A stretch of 64,000 nucleotides of DNA from Octopus sinensis (taxonomy: Eukaryota), in contig NC_043020.1 of the NCBI RefSeq assembly GCF_006345805.1, forward strand, positions 3,534,001 to 3,598,000, given 5' to 3'. Below are positions 62,879-64,000 of the stretch, one piece after another (the first letter of the stretch is position 1; the number at the start of each line of letters is the position of its first letter). The translations under genes were made by a program, and so were the position numbers. The notes beneath the pieces were generated by a model. That model did no database searches. It had not been told where the DNA came from and worked only from the letters and a program-made list of their open reading frames with translations.

Positions 62879-64000
62879 CACATTCATTGCCTTTCATTTG
62901 TGTGTGTGTGTGTGTGTGCGTGTGTGCGTGAGTGTGTCTCACTCGTGCAGCTTGTTCGTGTACATATTGGCTTAGTGGTACAGAGTGTTTGGAAACTGTA
63001 AATAAGGTGCAAGTTTCGAGTACTTGTCAGTCGCTTTTCTTATCTCCTCATCTTCCAATAGTAATTACCCAACTTTCTAGACTCTTCTCACAGGTATCCC
63101 ACATTCAAAAATTATTTGGGTATTAAAAAAAATGTTTTCATTCAATAAATAATAAATTACGTATACATTACTAGAATAAACTGTCGGTTTTTCCAAATAG
63201 CGAATGAAAACTTGAAAGAGAAAGTGAGAGACTTTGCAAGTGAGAATGGAATGCTCCCTACATCATAGAGGTCGGCTGTCCTGCAGATATAAATATCTCT
63301 TTGAAAATCAAAGAAAATGAGGATATATATGGACAACTACTTCGAAACCCCCAGCTTCTACATCGAGACTATGAATTCATATTCATACCAATAATAATTG
63401 AAGCATTAGGTTTTGTTAGTAAATGATTAAGGAGAATCTGGATAAACTGAGATTTTCAGAAAAATTGACTGGATAATTCGTACATTACAAGTGCAGTAAA
63501 AATATGTAAGACTTCTCAAGTTCCAAATGTGAATTTGTCTGTGTTAACTACATCCCAAAGATGGAGCCCTGCATCTTTGTTGGAAACTGGGTCCCTCCTC
63601 AGTGGAAGATTTATGATAAATAGAAAAAATAGAAGAGACATACGTACATACATACGTGTGCGTGCGCGTGCACGTGTCCCCTTCGATTTTTGGACCTTCA
63701 CTTGATGAATATCACTTTAGCAAGTTGCCACACAAATCCCGCCCCTATTTGCCTTCCTCTCCATATTAAATCTCTAAATTTTTCTTTTCCATATTTGAAA
63801 CCTTATTTGACGGGTCATCTATTTCAGACGATTCGCTAATCAGAACTGCAAATTACCCCTGAAAAACGTTGGGAATGATGTATCAACAGAGAAGGGAACA
63901 ATTTTGAAAAACACAAATGTTATTACGGAAATGTACTCGCATAGCAAGTGATTTGATCTGAGATCGTGTGCTGGAACGAAAACAATTGCAGCGTGGAAGG

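Overview
AT-rich, microsatellite-dense animal genomic DNA. The SINE families and repeat landscape suggest a coleoid cephalopod, probably Octopus (inference). Two convergent protein-coding genes can be assembled by hand. (1) On +, a five-exon cytosolic sulfotransferase (271..17391, 317 aa) whose PAPS-binding motifs are atypical (YPYSGTHW instead of YP[K/R]SGT; RTGKVATWK instead of RKGxxGDWK). (2) On -, a 124-aa secreted cystine-knot protein that is a clear Norrin (NDP) orthologue, with coding exons 27431..27282 and 22157..21933. It keeps all 11 mature cysteines and the same phase-0 intron as human NDP; its first coding exon is absent from the ORF track. A 100-N gap (21735..21834) separates the two genes. 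The rest is transposon debris: Helitrons, a Penelope-like element, mariner and pogo remnants, R4/Dong-, RTE-, Tx1- and CR1/L2-type LINE fragments, four SINE families, foldback elements and simple repeats. No further protein-coding gene was found in the 36 kb upstream of Norrin. TE coordinates are approximate unless termini are quoted.
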